From: an uncultured Bacilli bacterium
Lineage (GTDB): Bacteria; Bacillota_I; Bacilli_A; RF39; UBA660
Direction of reading: 5' to 3'
DNA: 64,000 nucleotides
Assembly: GCA_944358305.1 (NCBI GenBank)
Contig: CALVQK010000007.1
Span: 8,165-72,164, forward strand
This document shows positions 10,117 to 20,505 of this stretch, piece by piece; within the stretch, counting starts at the first letter, position 1; the number at the start of each line of letters is the position of its first letter. The position numbers and the translations under genes are program-made. Under the pieces are notes generated by a model, which saw nothing but the letters and a program-made list of their open reading frames with translations, did not search any database and was not told the origin of the DNA.

Positions 10117-10361
10117 TATTTATTTAACATACTAGTTAGTAAAACTTCTACAATTTTACTTCTATCAATTGTTTTAATTTTACTTCTAGCATCTTGATAA
10201 CTTGAAATATAGCCTAAATCTCCACTTATCAAATAACCTACTATTTGATCAATTGGGTTATATCCTCTTTCTTTTAGAGAATTATATACTTCAAGTAATG
10301 TTTTATGAACTTTTGCTTGATCATTACTAACTAGTTTGAATAATCTTGTTTTATCATCCAT
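10116..10361 (-). CDS. ireB: IreB family regulatory phosphoprotein
   Basis: GYNPIDQIVGYLISGD motif. Confidence 0.9.
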   Translation of the reverse strand: MDDKTRLFKLVSNDQAKVHKTLLEVYNSLKERGYNPIDQIVGYLISGDLGYISSYQDARSKIKTIDRSKIVEVLLTSMLNK

Positions 10362-10456
10362 GTTATCACCTCACTACAATTACTAAGATAAGTTTAGCAT
10401 TTTTTATAAATAAGTTCAAGTAAAAGAAAGAAAAAGCATATGACAAAGCATATACT

Positions 10457-11308
10457 TTATTTTAAATTTTCTAGTTCTTCTATACTTAATCCAGTATTCT
10501 TAGAAATAATTTCTAAGGGTATGCCATCTTTAATAAAGTTTTTGGCAATAACAATCTTTTCTTCTTTGGCTCCTTCTTCTTTTCCTTTAATAATACCATT
10601 ATCATAACCTGCATCGTAACCATCAAGCCTTGCTGAATTTACTAGTTTCCTTTGCATTTCTTCAGCATCATAATATGTTCTAAATTCATCATCATCACTT
10701 AATCTCTCTAACTCTTCCACTATTCTTAAAGCCTCCTTATTATCTCCTGAGATCTCCTTCATCTCTTCAAAGCTCTTCGCTCTAAATAATGCTAAATATG
10801 TCTCTTTTTCGTTACTTCCATTATAGTGGATTTCCTTTAAACTTTCAAGATATATATCATATATTTTTAGATCATCTATTACATCTTTATACTCTTCATT
10901 TATTAAATCATATCCTACTGTTATCGCATTCTTATTCTCTTTATAACTAGCATTATTTATATTGATTAAGATTGTATGCATCTTCTTAAAGTCTTCTCCT
11001 TTCGCTAAGCCTCCTCCTGCTATACTATATAGATACTGCCTATTCTTTAATATGCTTCTTGTATCGACACTACTATTCATCTCGATTATTATAAAGTCTT
11101 TATCTTTTTTTAATAGTATATCTAGTCTATAATCTCTTCCTTTTGATCCACTATTTATTTCATTATCATATAATTCATATTCTTTTATATCTATATTGGT
11201 TGTTAATTTTATTAGTCTTTCAAAAAATGGTCTATACTCTTCATTCTTAAACATGTATTTAAATGTTGTATCGGAAAGTAGACTAACAAATTTATCTTCT
11301 TTTAACAT
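10457..11308 (-). CDS. Rpn family protein, copy 2
   Basis: Nearly identical to 1464-2312 except the first ~8 and last ~33 residues; AGGAGG RBS. Confidence 0.85.
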   Translation of the reverse strand: MLKEDKFVSLLSDTTFKYMFKNEEYRPFFERLIKLTTNIDIKEYELYDNEINSGSKGRDYRLDILLKKDKDFIIIEMNSSVDTRSILKNRQYLYSIAGGGLAKGEDFKKMHTILININNASYKENKNAITVGYDLINEEYKDVIDDLKIYDIYLESLKEIHYNGSNEKETYLALFRAKSFEEMKEISGDNKEALRIVEELERLSDDDEFRTYYDAEEMQRKLVNSARLDGYDAGYDNGIIKGKEEGAKEEKIVIAKNFIKDGIPLEIISKNTGLSIEELENLK

Positions 11309-11505
11309 ATATTCCTCCTTCATTTTTAGATTCACTTTTCGAAAAGTGATTTCAATCTATCACATGAAGAAATATTAATCAAAAGAGGAATTTTTTAAAT
11401 TCACTTAAAAATGATAGGACAATTTATTAATTTCATCCTATCATTTTACCTTTTTCACACCTTAATTTTAGGTCAATTCACTAAATTCATACTTTTTTTA
11501 TTTTT
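10562..11505. repeat. ~940-bp near-identical repeat, copy B
   Basis: Matches 1566-2509. Confidence 0.9.
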
Positions 11506-11667
11506 AGCATATTCATATTTGCTATCATATTTCAAGAGATTTATTCGTAAAGGCATAATTTCTTCAATATCTGTTTTGTTAATCTCTTAATCATACTCTA
11601 CAACCTTTCTTTATACTAATTTTGACATATATAGTATAATGAAGGTAATAAAAGTGAGGAATGATTT

Positions 11668-12492
11668 ATGAATATATTAATAATAAGTAATGCTAGTAAT
11701 GATGAAATATTAGAAGATATATGGATTGCTAGAGCTTTTATTGAGGATGGTCATAAAGTAATAGTAGCTTCTATTGATTATGATGAAAGACTTGATGATA
11801 TAGTTGATATTATTATTAAGAGAAACTCTTGGTGTAATAATTCTAGTGATTTAAAGAACTATTATAAAACTGCTTTAGAAGTAAAGAAACGTATTATTGC
11901 TAAAGATAGTCCAAGAATTAATTTTGATGGAAAATTTGATGGTACTGATAAAAGTTATTTAGTTAAATTATTTAAAGAAGGATATACTGTTATTCCTAGT
12001 ATTGATAATATTAATGAAATTAATCTATTACCTGATAGTAATCTATATTTCTTAAAACCTAAAGAAAGTCATGATGGTATGGGGACTAAAAAGGTTAATA
12101 AAGATAACTTAAAAGATGAGTTTAATAATCATTATATAATACAACCTATTATAAAGTTTAAATCTGAAGTTCAATTTTACTTTATTAAAGATGAATTTCA
12201 ATATGCTTTAGAATTTATTCCTAGCAAAGTGCCTATTTATCCTTTAGCAATTAAATATCAATATAGTGATAAAGAGTTAAATCTTGCTAAAGAGTTTGCT
12301 AAGTTAAATAACAACTATTATGGAATACAAAGAATTGATTTTTTAAAATTAGAGAATAATGAACTATTATTAACAGAAATTGAAGATATTGCTCCTTATC
12401 TTGATTTAGATAGATTAAGTAAAATTGAAAGAGATAAATTTATTAATAATTATAAAAATATGGTATACGAATATTTAGACAAAAGAAAATAG
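11668..12492 (+). CDS. ATP-grasp fold protein (RimK/glutathione synthetase-like)
   Basis: FLKP..SHDG.G, YIIQP and RIDFL..LLLTEIEDIAPYL motifs. Confidence 0.7.
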   Translation: MNILIISNASNDEILEDIWIARAFIEDGHKVIVASIDYDERLDDIVDIIIKRNSWCNNSSDLKNYYKTALEVKKRIIAKDSPRINFDGKFDGTDKSYLVKLFKEGYTVIPSIDNINEINLLPDSNLYFLKPKESHDGMGTKKVNKDNLKDEFNNHYIIQPIIKFKSEVQFYFIKDEFQYALEFIPSKVPIYPLAIKYQYSDKELNLAKEFAKLNNNYYGIQRIDFLKLENNELLLTEIEDIAPYLDLDRLSKIERDKFINNYKNMVYEYLDKRK

Positions 12493-12506
12493 ATGGAGTT
12501 TTCCAT

Positions 12507-14324
12507 CTATTCTGTAACGCTTTCAAATTGTGAATTGTATAGTTCTGCATAGAAACCATTTTTCTTAAGTAATTCATCATGTGTTCCTTGTTCTACTATA
12601 TCTCCATCTTTCATTACTAATATTAAATTAGCATTTTTGATAGTTGATAATCTATGAGCGATAACGAAACTTGTTCTTCCTTCCATTAGGTTATCCATCG
12701 CTTCTTGGATTAACTGTTCCATTCTCGTATCTACACTACTAGTCGCTTCATCTAAAATCAATATTTTAGGATCTTTAAGAATAACTCTAGCGATAGTTAG
12801 CAATTGTTTTTGACCAGCTGATACGTTATCACTTTCTTCATTTAGAACCATATCATAACCTTCTGGCATTGTTCTAATAAAGTGATCAACGTGAGATGCT
12901 ATCGCTGCATCATATACGGCTTCATCATTAGCATTTAAATTACCATAACGAATATTTTCTTTAATAGTATCACTATAGAGCCAAGTATCTTGTAAAACCA
13001 TACCAAAGAGACTTCTTAAATCATCACGTTTCATATCTTTTATATCAACTCCATCTATTTTAATAGAACCAGAGTTAACATCATAGAATCTCATTAATAG
13101 TTTTACAATAGTTGTCTTACCTGCTCCTGTAGGTCCAACAATGGCAATCTTTTGTCCTTTATGCATTGTTGCATTAAAGTCGTTGATAATAATTTTATTT
13201 TTATTATAACCAAACTTAACATCTTCAAAAGTAACTGTATTACCCATCTTGTCTAAATCATATGTTACCTTCTTAACTTCAGGAACTTCTTCTTTTTCTT
13301 CTAAAAATTCAAAGACACGTTCTGCAGATGCAACCATTGATTGAATCATATTACCTATTTGGGCAATTTGGGCAAGGGGGTTCATGAAGTTTCTAATATA
13401 TTGTGTAAATGATAAGATATCACCTACTTCTATTTTATTCTTTATAACTAAATATCCTCCTAAAATAGATATTAAAACATAACCAATATTACCAATAAAG
13501 TTCATAATTGGATGCATCATTCCTGAAAAGAATTGAGCACGCCATGAAGAATCATATAACTTTTCATTAGTCTTACTAAAATCTTCAACAGTTTTATCTT
13601 CTCCATTAAATAATTTGACAACGGTATGTCCTGAATAAATTTCTTCAATAGTACCATTGATATCACCTAAATACTTTTGTTGATTCATAAAGTATTTTTG
13701 AGAGTGTTTCATAATAAAACTCATCATAAATAAAGCGATTGGTACAATAACTAAAGTTACTAAAGTCATTAAAGGACTAATTGTTAACATCATAACAATA
13801 ACACCAATTAGTGTAGTAACAGAAGTTAAGACTTGGGAGATTGATTGATCTAAACTCTGTGATAGAGTATCAACATCATTTGTAACTCTTGAAAGAATTT
13901 CTCCTGTTGTTTTACTTTCAAAATAAGAAAGAGGTAATTTATGCATTTTATGAGAGATTTGTTCCCTTAAATTAAAGGTAACTTTTTGGTTTACTCCACT
14001 CATTATGAAAGACTGTAAATATTGAAATATAGCACTTATTATATATAGAGATAGTAGAGTTAAAAGAATTGCTCCTACTTTAGAAAAATCAATACCACTA
14101 GTAGTACCAGTTACTTTACCAACAAGTCCATTAAATATTTCTGTTGTGGCTTGTCCTGAGATCTTAGGTCCAATTATTGAGAAAACAGCACTACAAATAG
14201 CAAAGATAATAACAAAGATTAAACTTATTTTATAAGTACCTAAGTATTTAAGTAATTTCTTTAAAGTACCTTTAAAGTCTTTAGCTTTTGCAGTTGTTCC
14301 CATTCCAGCTCTTCCACTAGGCAT
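12507..14324 (-). CDS. Heterodimeric ABC exporter subunit (permease + ATPase)
   Basis: TM domain, GPTGAGKT, SAGQKQ and LILDEATS. Confidence 0.93.
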   Translation of the reverse strand: MPSGRAGMGTTAKAKDFKGTLKKLLKYLGTYKISLIFVIIFAICSAVFSIIGPKISGQATTEIFNGLVGKVTGTTSGIDFSKVGAILLTLLSLYIISAIFQYLQSFIMSGVNQKVTFNLREQISHKMHKLPLSYFESKTTGEILSRVTNDVDTLSQSLDQSISQVLTSVTTLIGVIVMMLTISPLMTLVTLVIVPIALFMMSFIMKHSQKYFMNQQKYLGDINGTIEEIYSGHTVVKLFNGEDKTVEDFSKTNEKLYDSSWRAQFFSGMMHPIMNFIGNIGYVLISILGGYLVIKNKIEVGDILSFTQYIRNFMNPLAQIAQIGNMIQSMVASAERVFEFLEEKEEVPEVKKVTYDLDKMGNTVTFEDVKFGYNKNKIIINDFNATMHKGQKIAIVGPTGAGKTTIVKLLMRFYDVNSGSIKIDGVDIKDMKRDDLRSLFGMVLQDTWLYSDTIKENIRYGNLNANDEAVYDAAIASHVDHFIRTMPEGYDMVLNEESDNVSAGQKQLLTIARVILKDPKILILDEATSSVDTRMEQLIQEAMDNLMEGRTSFVIAHRLSTIKNANLILVMKDGDIVEQGTHDELLKKNGFYAELYNSQFESVTE

Positions 14325-16524
14325 TTTCTAACTCCTCCTTTGATAATTGTGATTCAGCGATTTCACGATAAACAGCACAATTCTTAACTAAATCTTTATG
14401 TGTACCTATACCAACTACTTTACCTTCATCAAGTACGACTATTTGGTCAGCTTTTAGTATGGTATTAATACGTTGAGCAACTATAAAGATAGTTGAATTT
14501 TTAGCATATTCGTATAAAGCTTTTCTTAGTTCAAAATCAGTCTTAAAGTCAAGTGCAGAGAAGCTATCATCGAATATGTAAATTTCTGGATCTTTAGCGA
14601 TTGCTCTTGCAATAGATAGCCTTTGCTTTTGTCCTCCAGATACGTTAGTACCTCCTTGACTAATAGGACTCTTATATCCTTCTTTTTTAGCAAGGATAAA
14701 CTCTTCTGCTTGAGCAATACGTGCTGCTTCTATCATCTTCTCATCAGACATAAATTCATTACTATATTTAATATTAGATTCTATTGTTCCAGAGAATAAT
14801 ACTCCTTTTTGAGGAACATAACCAATCTTATCATGTAAGTCCTTTTGGGTTACATCTTTAACATTAATACCATCAACTAATATTTCTCCTTTAGTTACAT
14901 CATAAAGTCTTGGTATTAGGTTAATAAGAGTACTTTTACCACTACCAGTAGAACCAATAAAAGCTGTTGTTGTTCCTGGTTTAGCTGTAAATGTTACATC
15001 TGTAATAACATCTTCATCACTATCAGGATATCTAAAGCTTACATTTTTAAACTCTACTAAACCTTTAATTCTCTTACTATATGTTTTAGGTTTTTCTGGA
15101 TCTTTAACCTCAACATCTGTTTCTAATACTTCCATGATACGGTTAGCAGAAACATTAGCACGTGGTAACATAATAGAAAACATTGATATCATTAAGAATG
15201 ACATAATTATTTGCATTGAGTATTGAATAAATGCTAACATATCTCCAACTTGTAATAAGCCTTCATCAATCTTATGAGCACCTATCCAGATAATTAGAAC
15301 AACAATACCATTCATAATAAACATCATACCTGGCATCATAAAGTTCATTACTCTATTAACAAAAAGGTTTGTTTTCTTTAAGTTAGTATTAGCTTTGCTA
15401 AATCTTTCTTCTTCATATTTTTGATTAGAGAAAGCTCTAATTACTGGAATACCTGTAATAATTTCTCTTGTTACTTGATTTAATTTATCAATAAGTTTTT
15501 GTACTCTCTTAAATTTAGGCATTGAAAGAGCAAATAAAGTAAATATTAATGTTAAAACACAAACTATTCCTAACCAAATAATATAAGTCATTGATGGTGC
15601 TGTTTCAAATACTTTTGAAACTGCACCGATTGCAATTATTGGAGCATAGATAAATAGTCTTAACGTCATAATAATCATCATTTGTACTTGTTGAATATCA
15701 TTAGTACTTCTAGTAATTAATGATGATATACCTATTTCTTTATACTCTGCTGTACCAAAGTTTAAGACTTTTTTAAACTCTTTCTTTCTAACTCGTTTAG
15801 ATAGACCAGAACCCACTCTAGCTCCTAATAGTACTGTTAGTATTGTTGATGCTACACTTATTAGAGATAGTCCTAACATTTTAAGACCTGTAATTATAAT
15901 GTAATTAGTTTGAATAGCATCAGTATCAAGGCCTACTTCAATATATTCTAATTTTATTGCTGAAACTGCGCTTTGACTTATGATACTATCAGGCATTTCA
16001 GAAAATTGCTCATTGATAGAGTTTCTCATATTCTTTAACATTTCATTAGGTAAGTTCTTAATGATATCAATTATAGCCATATTCTGCATAGACTCAGGCA
16101 TATCTTTTTTTAGTTCATTTTGAATATTAATAGCTTCCTTCTCTTTACTAGTTAACATATAATCTACAAGGATAGCCTTCTCTAAGTCACTATTAGAAAT
16201 ACTTTCATCTTTAATGACATAAACTGGCTCCTCATTTAAGATATCATAGTCATGTTCATCACTTTTTTCAGTAATTAACTCATAATTAGATAAAATCTCT
16301 TCTTTTTCTTTATCACTTACAAAAAGTAAAATCTCATCTAATTTAGATTTTCTAACTACTTTAGGATTAACTTCTGCAACTCCACCTTGTTGTACTCCTA
16401 CATTAATAATATTAGAAGTATACTGAGGTATAGTTAAATCGCAATTAGCTTGAACTATTAGTAGTAAAATAATTAGAATAACTGACAAAATATTATCTTT
16501 TAAATATCTAAATATTTTTAACAT
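14317..16524 (-). CDS. Heterodimeric ABC exporter subunit with large extracellular loop
   Basis: GSTGSGKS, SGGQKQR and degenerate Walker B IFDDSFS. Confidence 0.93.
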   Translation of the reverse strand: MLKIFRYLKDNILSVILIILLLIVQANCDLTIPQYTSNIINVGVQQGGVAEVNPKVVRKSKLDEILLFVSDKEKEEILSNYELITEKSDEHDYDILNEEPVYVIKDESISNSDLEKAILVDYMLTSKEKEAINIQNELKKDMPESMQNMAIIDIIKNLPNEMLKNMRNSINEQFSEMPDSIISQSAVSAIKLEYIEVGLDTDAIQTNYIIITGLKMLGLSLISVASTILTVLLGARVGSGLSKRVRKKEFKKVLNFGTAEYKEIGISSLITRSTNDIQQVQMMIIMTLRLFIYAPIIAIGAVSKVFETAPSMTYIIWLGIVCVLTLIFTLFALSMPKFKRVQKLIDKLNQVTREIITGIPVIRAFSNQKYEEERFSKANTNLKKTNLFVNRVMNFMMPGMMFIMNGIVVLIIWIGAHKIDEGLLQVGDMLAFIQYSMQIIMSFLMISMFSIMLPRANVSANRIMEVLETDVEVKDPEKPKTYSKRIKGLVEFKNVSFRYPDSDEDVITDVTFTAKPGTTTAFIGSTGSGKSTLINLIPRLYDVTKGEILVDGINVKDVTQKDLHDKIGYVPQKGVLFSGTIESNIKYSNEFMSDEKMIEAARIAQAEEFILAKKEGYKSPISQGGTNVSGGQKQRLSIARAIAKDPEIYIFDDSFSALDFKTDFELRKALYEYAKNSTIFIVAQRINTILKADQIVVLDEGKVVGIGTHKDLVKNCAVYREIAESQLSKEELENA

Positions 16525-16538
16525 AAATCATACTCCTC

Positions 16539-17147
16539 CTATTTCTTTTCTATACTGCACCCATATTTTAAAATATCTAGTTGTTCATAATAATCTTTAA
16601 GTATCTCTTCATCAAGACTATCGCTTTTTAACAACTTCATTAAAGTTACCATTAAAAGGTGCATATTAATGGCAAAAATTACTTCAATATGCTTTTTAGC
16701 ATTATCATTAAGTAATTCTAAATTGATGTTAGGAATAAGTTCTCTAAGTAGTCTCTTATCACGAAAACCAAAGGTTTTCTTAGACTCTTCCATAATAGTG
16801 ACATTTTCTAAAGATTTTTTAAAGAAATTAATATTATTATTTTTAAAGGAATTAAATTCTTCTTTAATGTTATTTTGAAACATTTTAAAAAGATCTCCCT
16901 TATTCTTTATTAAATCATTTTTCATATTATTAATAAGTATTTCTAAATGTTGTTCTAAAAGATAAAAATATAAGTCTTTTTTATCAATAAAATACATATA
17001 GAAACTTCCTCTTGAAATACCAGCTTCTTTAATGATTCTATTAATAGAGACATCATTAAAGTTATACAAAGAAAACTCTTTAAAGCTAGCATCTATTAAT
17101 TTTTTCTTTTTTTCATCATTTAATCTCAAGAATGTATCACTAGGCAT
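16539..17147 (-). CDS. TetR/AcrR family regulator
   Basis: SINRIIKEAGISRGSFYMYF HTH. Confidence 0.9.
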   Translation of the reverse strand: MPSDTFLRLNDEKKKKLIDASFKEFSLYNFNDVSINRIIKEAGISRGSFYMYFIDKKDLYFYLLEQHLEILINNMKNDLIKNKGDLFKMFQNNIKEEFNSFKNNNINFFKKSLENVTIMEESKKTFGFRDKRLLRELIPNINLELLNDNAKKHIEVIFAINMHLLMVTLMKLLKSDSLDEEILKDYYEQLDILKYGCSIEKK

Positions 17148-17175
17148 TATACTCCCTCCTAACAGTCACTATACC

Positions 17176-17204
17176 ATTATATGTGACAAGTTGTCATGTG
17201 TCAA
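17176..17204 (-). promoter_or_regulatory. Consensus SigA promoter with palindromic operator in the spacer
   Basis: TTGACA-17 bp-TATAAT; the spacer contains TGACAA-C-TTGTCA. Confidence 0.8.
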
Positions 17205-17230
17205 TAAAAAAATAAAAAGTAAGTAAAAAA

Positions 17231-17659
17231 TTACCTACTTAAACGATTTTCTCTTTTAAAAACTCTAGCACTTTTTCCTATACTATCGACTACTCTTCTA
17301 TTCATTTCATTTATTAGGGGAGAATCTAATGTTTCTTCCCCCATACTATTCAAGAATTGATGATATGAATGGGCTATTTTATATTGAGTTAAAAAAACAG
17401 CAAGATTCTCATCGGTTAAATTTGTAAGAAGAGCCTCTTTTTCTTGTCTTATTGTTCTGTAGCTTAATTGTAATATCTCATAACAAGTAGTATCTTCAGT
17501 TGTTAAATTTGTAATTCGTGAAATAAAAGCTTTTTCATTTTCGATTGATATGTCAGAAACTAACTCAATAGCTTTGACTGCTTCTATACATGGTACTGGT
17601 TCTTTATGGTCATAATAGTCATCTATTTTCTTTATTTGTTCTACTACTCTTGATTCCAT
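17231..17659 (-). CDS. Hypothetical helical protein (divergent paralog 3)
   Basis: Weak similarity to its neighbours (AIELVSDI, LTNLTDENL..LTQY). Confidence 0.55.
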   Translation of the reverse strand: MESRVVEQIKKIDDYYDHKEPVPCIEAVKAIELVSDISIENEKAFISRITNLTTEDTTCYEILQLSYRTIRQEKEALLTNLTDENLAVFLTQYKIAHSYHQFLNSMGEETLDSPLINEMNRRVVDSIGKSARVFKRENRLSR

Positions 17660-17660
17660 A

Positions 17661-18119
17661 CTAATTCCCCCTTTTTATTATTTTTTTAAATGTTTTATCT
17701 TTTTTTCGCATTTCTTCATTTATAGGCCTTAGAGCTTTTTTTGCTTTTCTTTCATCTGCTAGATGATTATTATACTCTTTTATATATTCATTTAAAGTTT
17801 TAAATTGACTAATGACTAATAAAAGAGAATCTAAAGTTAAGTCATCTAAAGCTGGTTCTATTTCTTCTAACAGTAATTTATATAGTTTATATAAGTTAGT
17901 TCTATTATCTACATAAGTAACTCCAAAGTTAGCGATATATCTTATAAGCTCTAGTGTGGTTACATAATCAATGGCACTTAAACTTTCATTTCTTTTAGTT
18001 TTATCTTCTATAAGCATTATATTTTTATCTAAAGCTTCTACTTTCTCTTTAGTTATTGGAATTTGGCTTAATATTTCTGTAAACTCTTTTATTATTCCTT
18101 TAGATTGATTATTATTCAT
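17661..18119 (-). CDS. Hypothetical helical protein (paralog 2)
   Basis: DYVT.LELIR and LEEIEPALDDLTL shared with 18141-18623. Confidence 0.7.
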   Translation of the reverse strand: MNNNQSKGIIKEFTEILSQIPITKEKVEALDKNIMLIEDKTKRNESLSAIDYVTTLELIRYIANFGVTYVDNRTNLYKLYKLLLEEIEPALDDLTLDSLLLVISQFKTLNEYIKEYNNHLADERKAKKALRPINEEMRKKDKTFKKIIKRGN

Positions 18120-18140
18120 AATACCCCTTTAAACTAAAAA

Positions 18141-18623
18141 TTATCCTTGATGTTTAGTTATTATTTTTTGAAATTTCTTGTGCTCTTCTGCTACTTTAGT
18201 TTCAGTTTGACTAATATAGTGGTTACGAGCTTTACCTTGACTTTGAAGTAGATTTTGTTCAAAAGATTGGACAGTATTAAATTGATTTATAACAATTTGT
18301 AAAGTACCTAATGTTAAATCATCTAAAGCTGGTTCTATTTCTTCTAATATTTTGCCATATATTTTTTCTTTTAGATTGTCATTTAATACAGAATTACTAC
18401 TTATATAAGTAACAATATTTCTAATTAGTTCAAGGATAGTTACATAATCTCTAGCACATAGATCATGCTCACCTTTACTGTTCATAGCATTTAACTCATA
18501 ATTTAGTGAAGCGATAGACTCTTCATATTTTTTTTCATTTTCTTCTTTAGCTTCAAGATCATCAAATAATGATGACATATGATTAAGAAAATCTTCAAAT
18601 GAAGTAAAACTATCAAATTCCAT
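18141..18623 (-). CDS. Hypothetical helical protein (paralog 1)
   Basis: Strong RBS (AGGGGGGAG); motifs shared with 17661-18119. Confidence 0.7.
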   Translation of the reverse strand: MEFDSFTSFEDFLNHMSSLFDDLEAKEENEKKYEESIASLNYELNAMNSKGEHDLCARDYVTILELIRNIVTYISSNSVLNDNLKEKIYGKILEEIEPALDDLTLGTLQIVINQFNTVQSFEQNLLQSQGKARNHYISQTETKVAEEHKKFQKIITKHQG

Positions 18624-18689
18624 AGTATATTCTCCCCCCTTTAAAGGTTCTTATATTATACACTATTTTTTAAAAAAATGCAATAAAAA

Positions 18690-18876
18690 AAGTCCAAAGA
18701 AACGTTTTGGATCTACGATAAAACCTATACTTATGTACAGGTGGGTGTATATAGTCAGTTCTTAGGATCCCTAACCAGTGGAAAGGTCTTCAACACGAAC
18801 GTGACAATCATCAATACTCCCTTATCGTCTCTTTAGTCGGTTTTATACTGAGTCATCCGCATCGTTTTCTTTAGAC
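18690..18876 (-). ncRNA. ssrS: 6S RNA (SsrS)
   Basis: GC-richer ~187 nt segment with paired ends (GTCTAAAGAAAACG / CGTTTCTTTGGAC), GGGAG and CACCCACCTGT motifs, and an upstream -10 box. Confidence 0.75.
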
Positions 18877-18904
18877 AATTATAGTATATCATATATATTT
18901 TAAA

Positions 18905-20239
18905 TTATTCAATATTTTCTAATGTTTTTGTAAAATTTTCAATCAAATGAGATACAGTAGCACAACCCATGAAAGCAACAACACCGTTTTTATCTTTTAC
19001 AACTTTGCTAACAGTATCATCATCGACAAGTTCACTATTTGGAATTAGTTCTATGATATCTTCTGATTTAATTTTAGGATAGTCTTTTGGATTTTCTCTA
19101 TCACATTTAATTGGGGTTAAGTATACTTTGTCAGCGACTTTTAGAGCATCAGCGAATTCATTTTTAAAGCGTGATGTCCTTGAATAAGTATTAGGACGAA
19201 AGACAACTGTTAATTTTTTATCAGGATATTTCTGTCTAATCGCTTCAAGAGTTACTTTAACTTCTGTTGGGTGATGAGCATAGTCATCTACTATGATAGT
19301 ATCTCCTACTATAGTTTCAGCAAAACGGCGATTAGCATTTTTAAAACTAGGTAATAGTTCTTTTATCTTTTCTTTACTAACACCTTCATCTAGAGCTTCA
19401 ATAATAGCACTAGCAGTATTCATAACCATATGATTACCATATAAAGGAACAGTGAAGGTATCGATTAACTCATCTTTTTTATATAAAGTAAATGTTGAAC
19501 CAGTAGTCTCTAATTTAATATTTTTAATAATGTAATCATTAGATTCATCTTCACCATAAAATATCACATTGTTTTTAAAATTAATCTTTCTTATATTTTT
19601 ATCATCACCATTGGCAATTACTGTTTTAGCTTTATTTGCAAACTCTTCAAAAGTTTTAATAGTGTCTTCTAGATCTTTATATATTTCTGTATGCTCAAGT
19701 TCAATGCAAGTAATAATAGCTTTCTTAGGATAATAGGCAAGAAAATGACGATTAAATTCATCTGACTCTATTATTAATAATCTATTTTTCATATCAATAT
19801 GACCAGTTCCATCTCCAATAAAATAATTACAACCTATAGTATTTTCAAATAAATGCTTTAAAAGTGATGTTGTTGTTGTCTTACCATGAGTTCCACAAAT
19901 GGAAATAGTATCAAATTCTTTAGTAATACTACCTACTACTTCATTATACGGTTTAAAAGTAAGGCCTAATTCTTTTATTCTTTTCATCTCAGGATGATCT
20001 TCACTAAAAGCACGTGATGCTGTTACGATGGTGTCTTTAGCTAATTCATGATTACCATCGTAAAATATTTTTATACCTCGCATCTTTAGTCCCTTCTCTG
20101 TAAACTTATAATCCTTAGCATCATCATAACCTGATACCTCATTACCCATATCATATAACATCTGAGCAAGTGTACTCATTCCTGTTCCTTTTATTCCGAT
20201 ACAATAATATTTCATAAGACTCCTTCTTTCTTTAATCAT
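18905..20239 (-). CDS. murC: UDP-N-acetylmuramate-L-alanine ligase
   Basis: IGIKGTGMS, GTHGKTTT and DDYAHHPTE motifs. Confidence 0.93.
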   Translation of the reverse strand: MIKERRSLMKYYCIGIKGTGMSTLAQMLYDMGNEVSGYDDAKDYKFTEKGLKMRGIKIFYDGNHELAKDTIVTASRAFSEDHPEMKRIKELGLTFKPYNEVVGSITKEFDTISICGTHGKTTTTSLLKHLFENTIGCNYFIGDGTGHIDMKNRLLIIESDEFNRHFLAYYPKKAIITCIELEHTEIYKDLEDTIKTFEEFANKAKTVIANGDDKNIRKINFKNNVIFYGEDESNDYIIKNIKLETTGSTFTLYKKDELIDTFTVPLYGNHMVMNTASAIIEALDEGVSKEKIKELLPSFKNANRRFAETIVGDTIIVDDYAHHPTEVKVTLEAIRQKYPDKKLTVVFRPNTYSRTSRFKNEFADALKVADKVYLTPIKCDRENPKDYPKIKSEDIIELIPNSELVDDDTVSKVVKDKNGVVAFMGCATVSHLIENFTKTLENIE

Positions 20240-20321
20240 TATACCTTATGTTATATAGATTTTCAAATATACATTTACTCGCTAATACTTGAAATTATTA
20301 TATATTTATGATACTATGAAT

Positions 20322-20436
20322 ATGTAAAAGAAATTTACATATTATAAAAAAAGAGGAATACCTAGTTCTGTGTCGGGTGTTACCTCTAAAAGATAGGTTG
20401 AGCACCCTAATTACAATGTTGTAATAGGGTGTCTTT
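20322..20436 (+). ncRNA. Putative antisense antitoxin sRNA (module 1)
   Basis: TTGAAA-17-TACTAT promoter (20289-20317), 5' hairpin and terminal hairpin at 20403-20431; convergent with a peptide ORF; ends approximate. Confidence 0.55.
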
Positions 20437-20505
20437 CTATCTAAAAATAATCAAGAGTATGATAATTATAATCAATGATGAAATTAAAAAGTCTTTCTTA
20501 TTCAT
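20437..20505 (-). CDS. Small hydrophobic peptide, putative type I toxin (MNKKDFLISSLIIIIILLIIFR)
   Basis: Manual translation; AAAGGGGA RBS; TTGATT-17-TATTAT promoter at 20587-20615. Confidence 0.65.
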   Translation of the reverse strand: MNKKDFLISSLIIIIILLIIFR

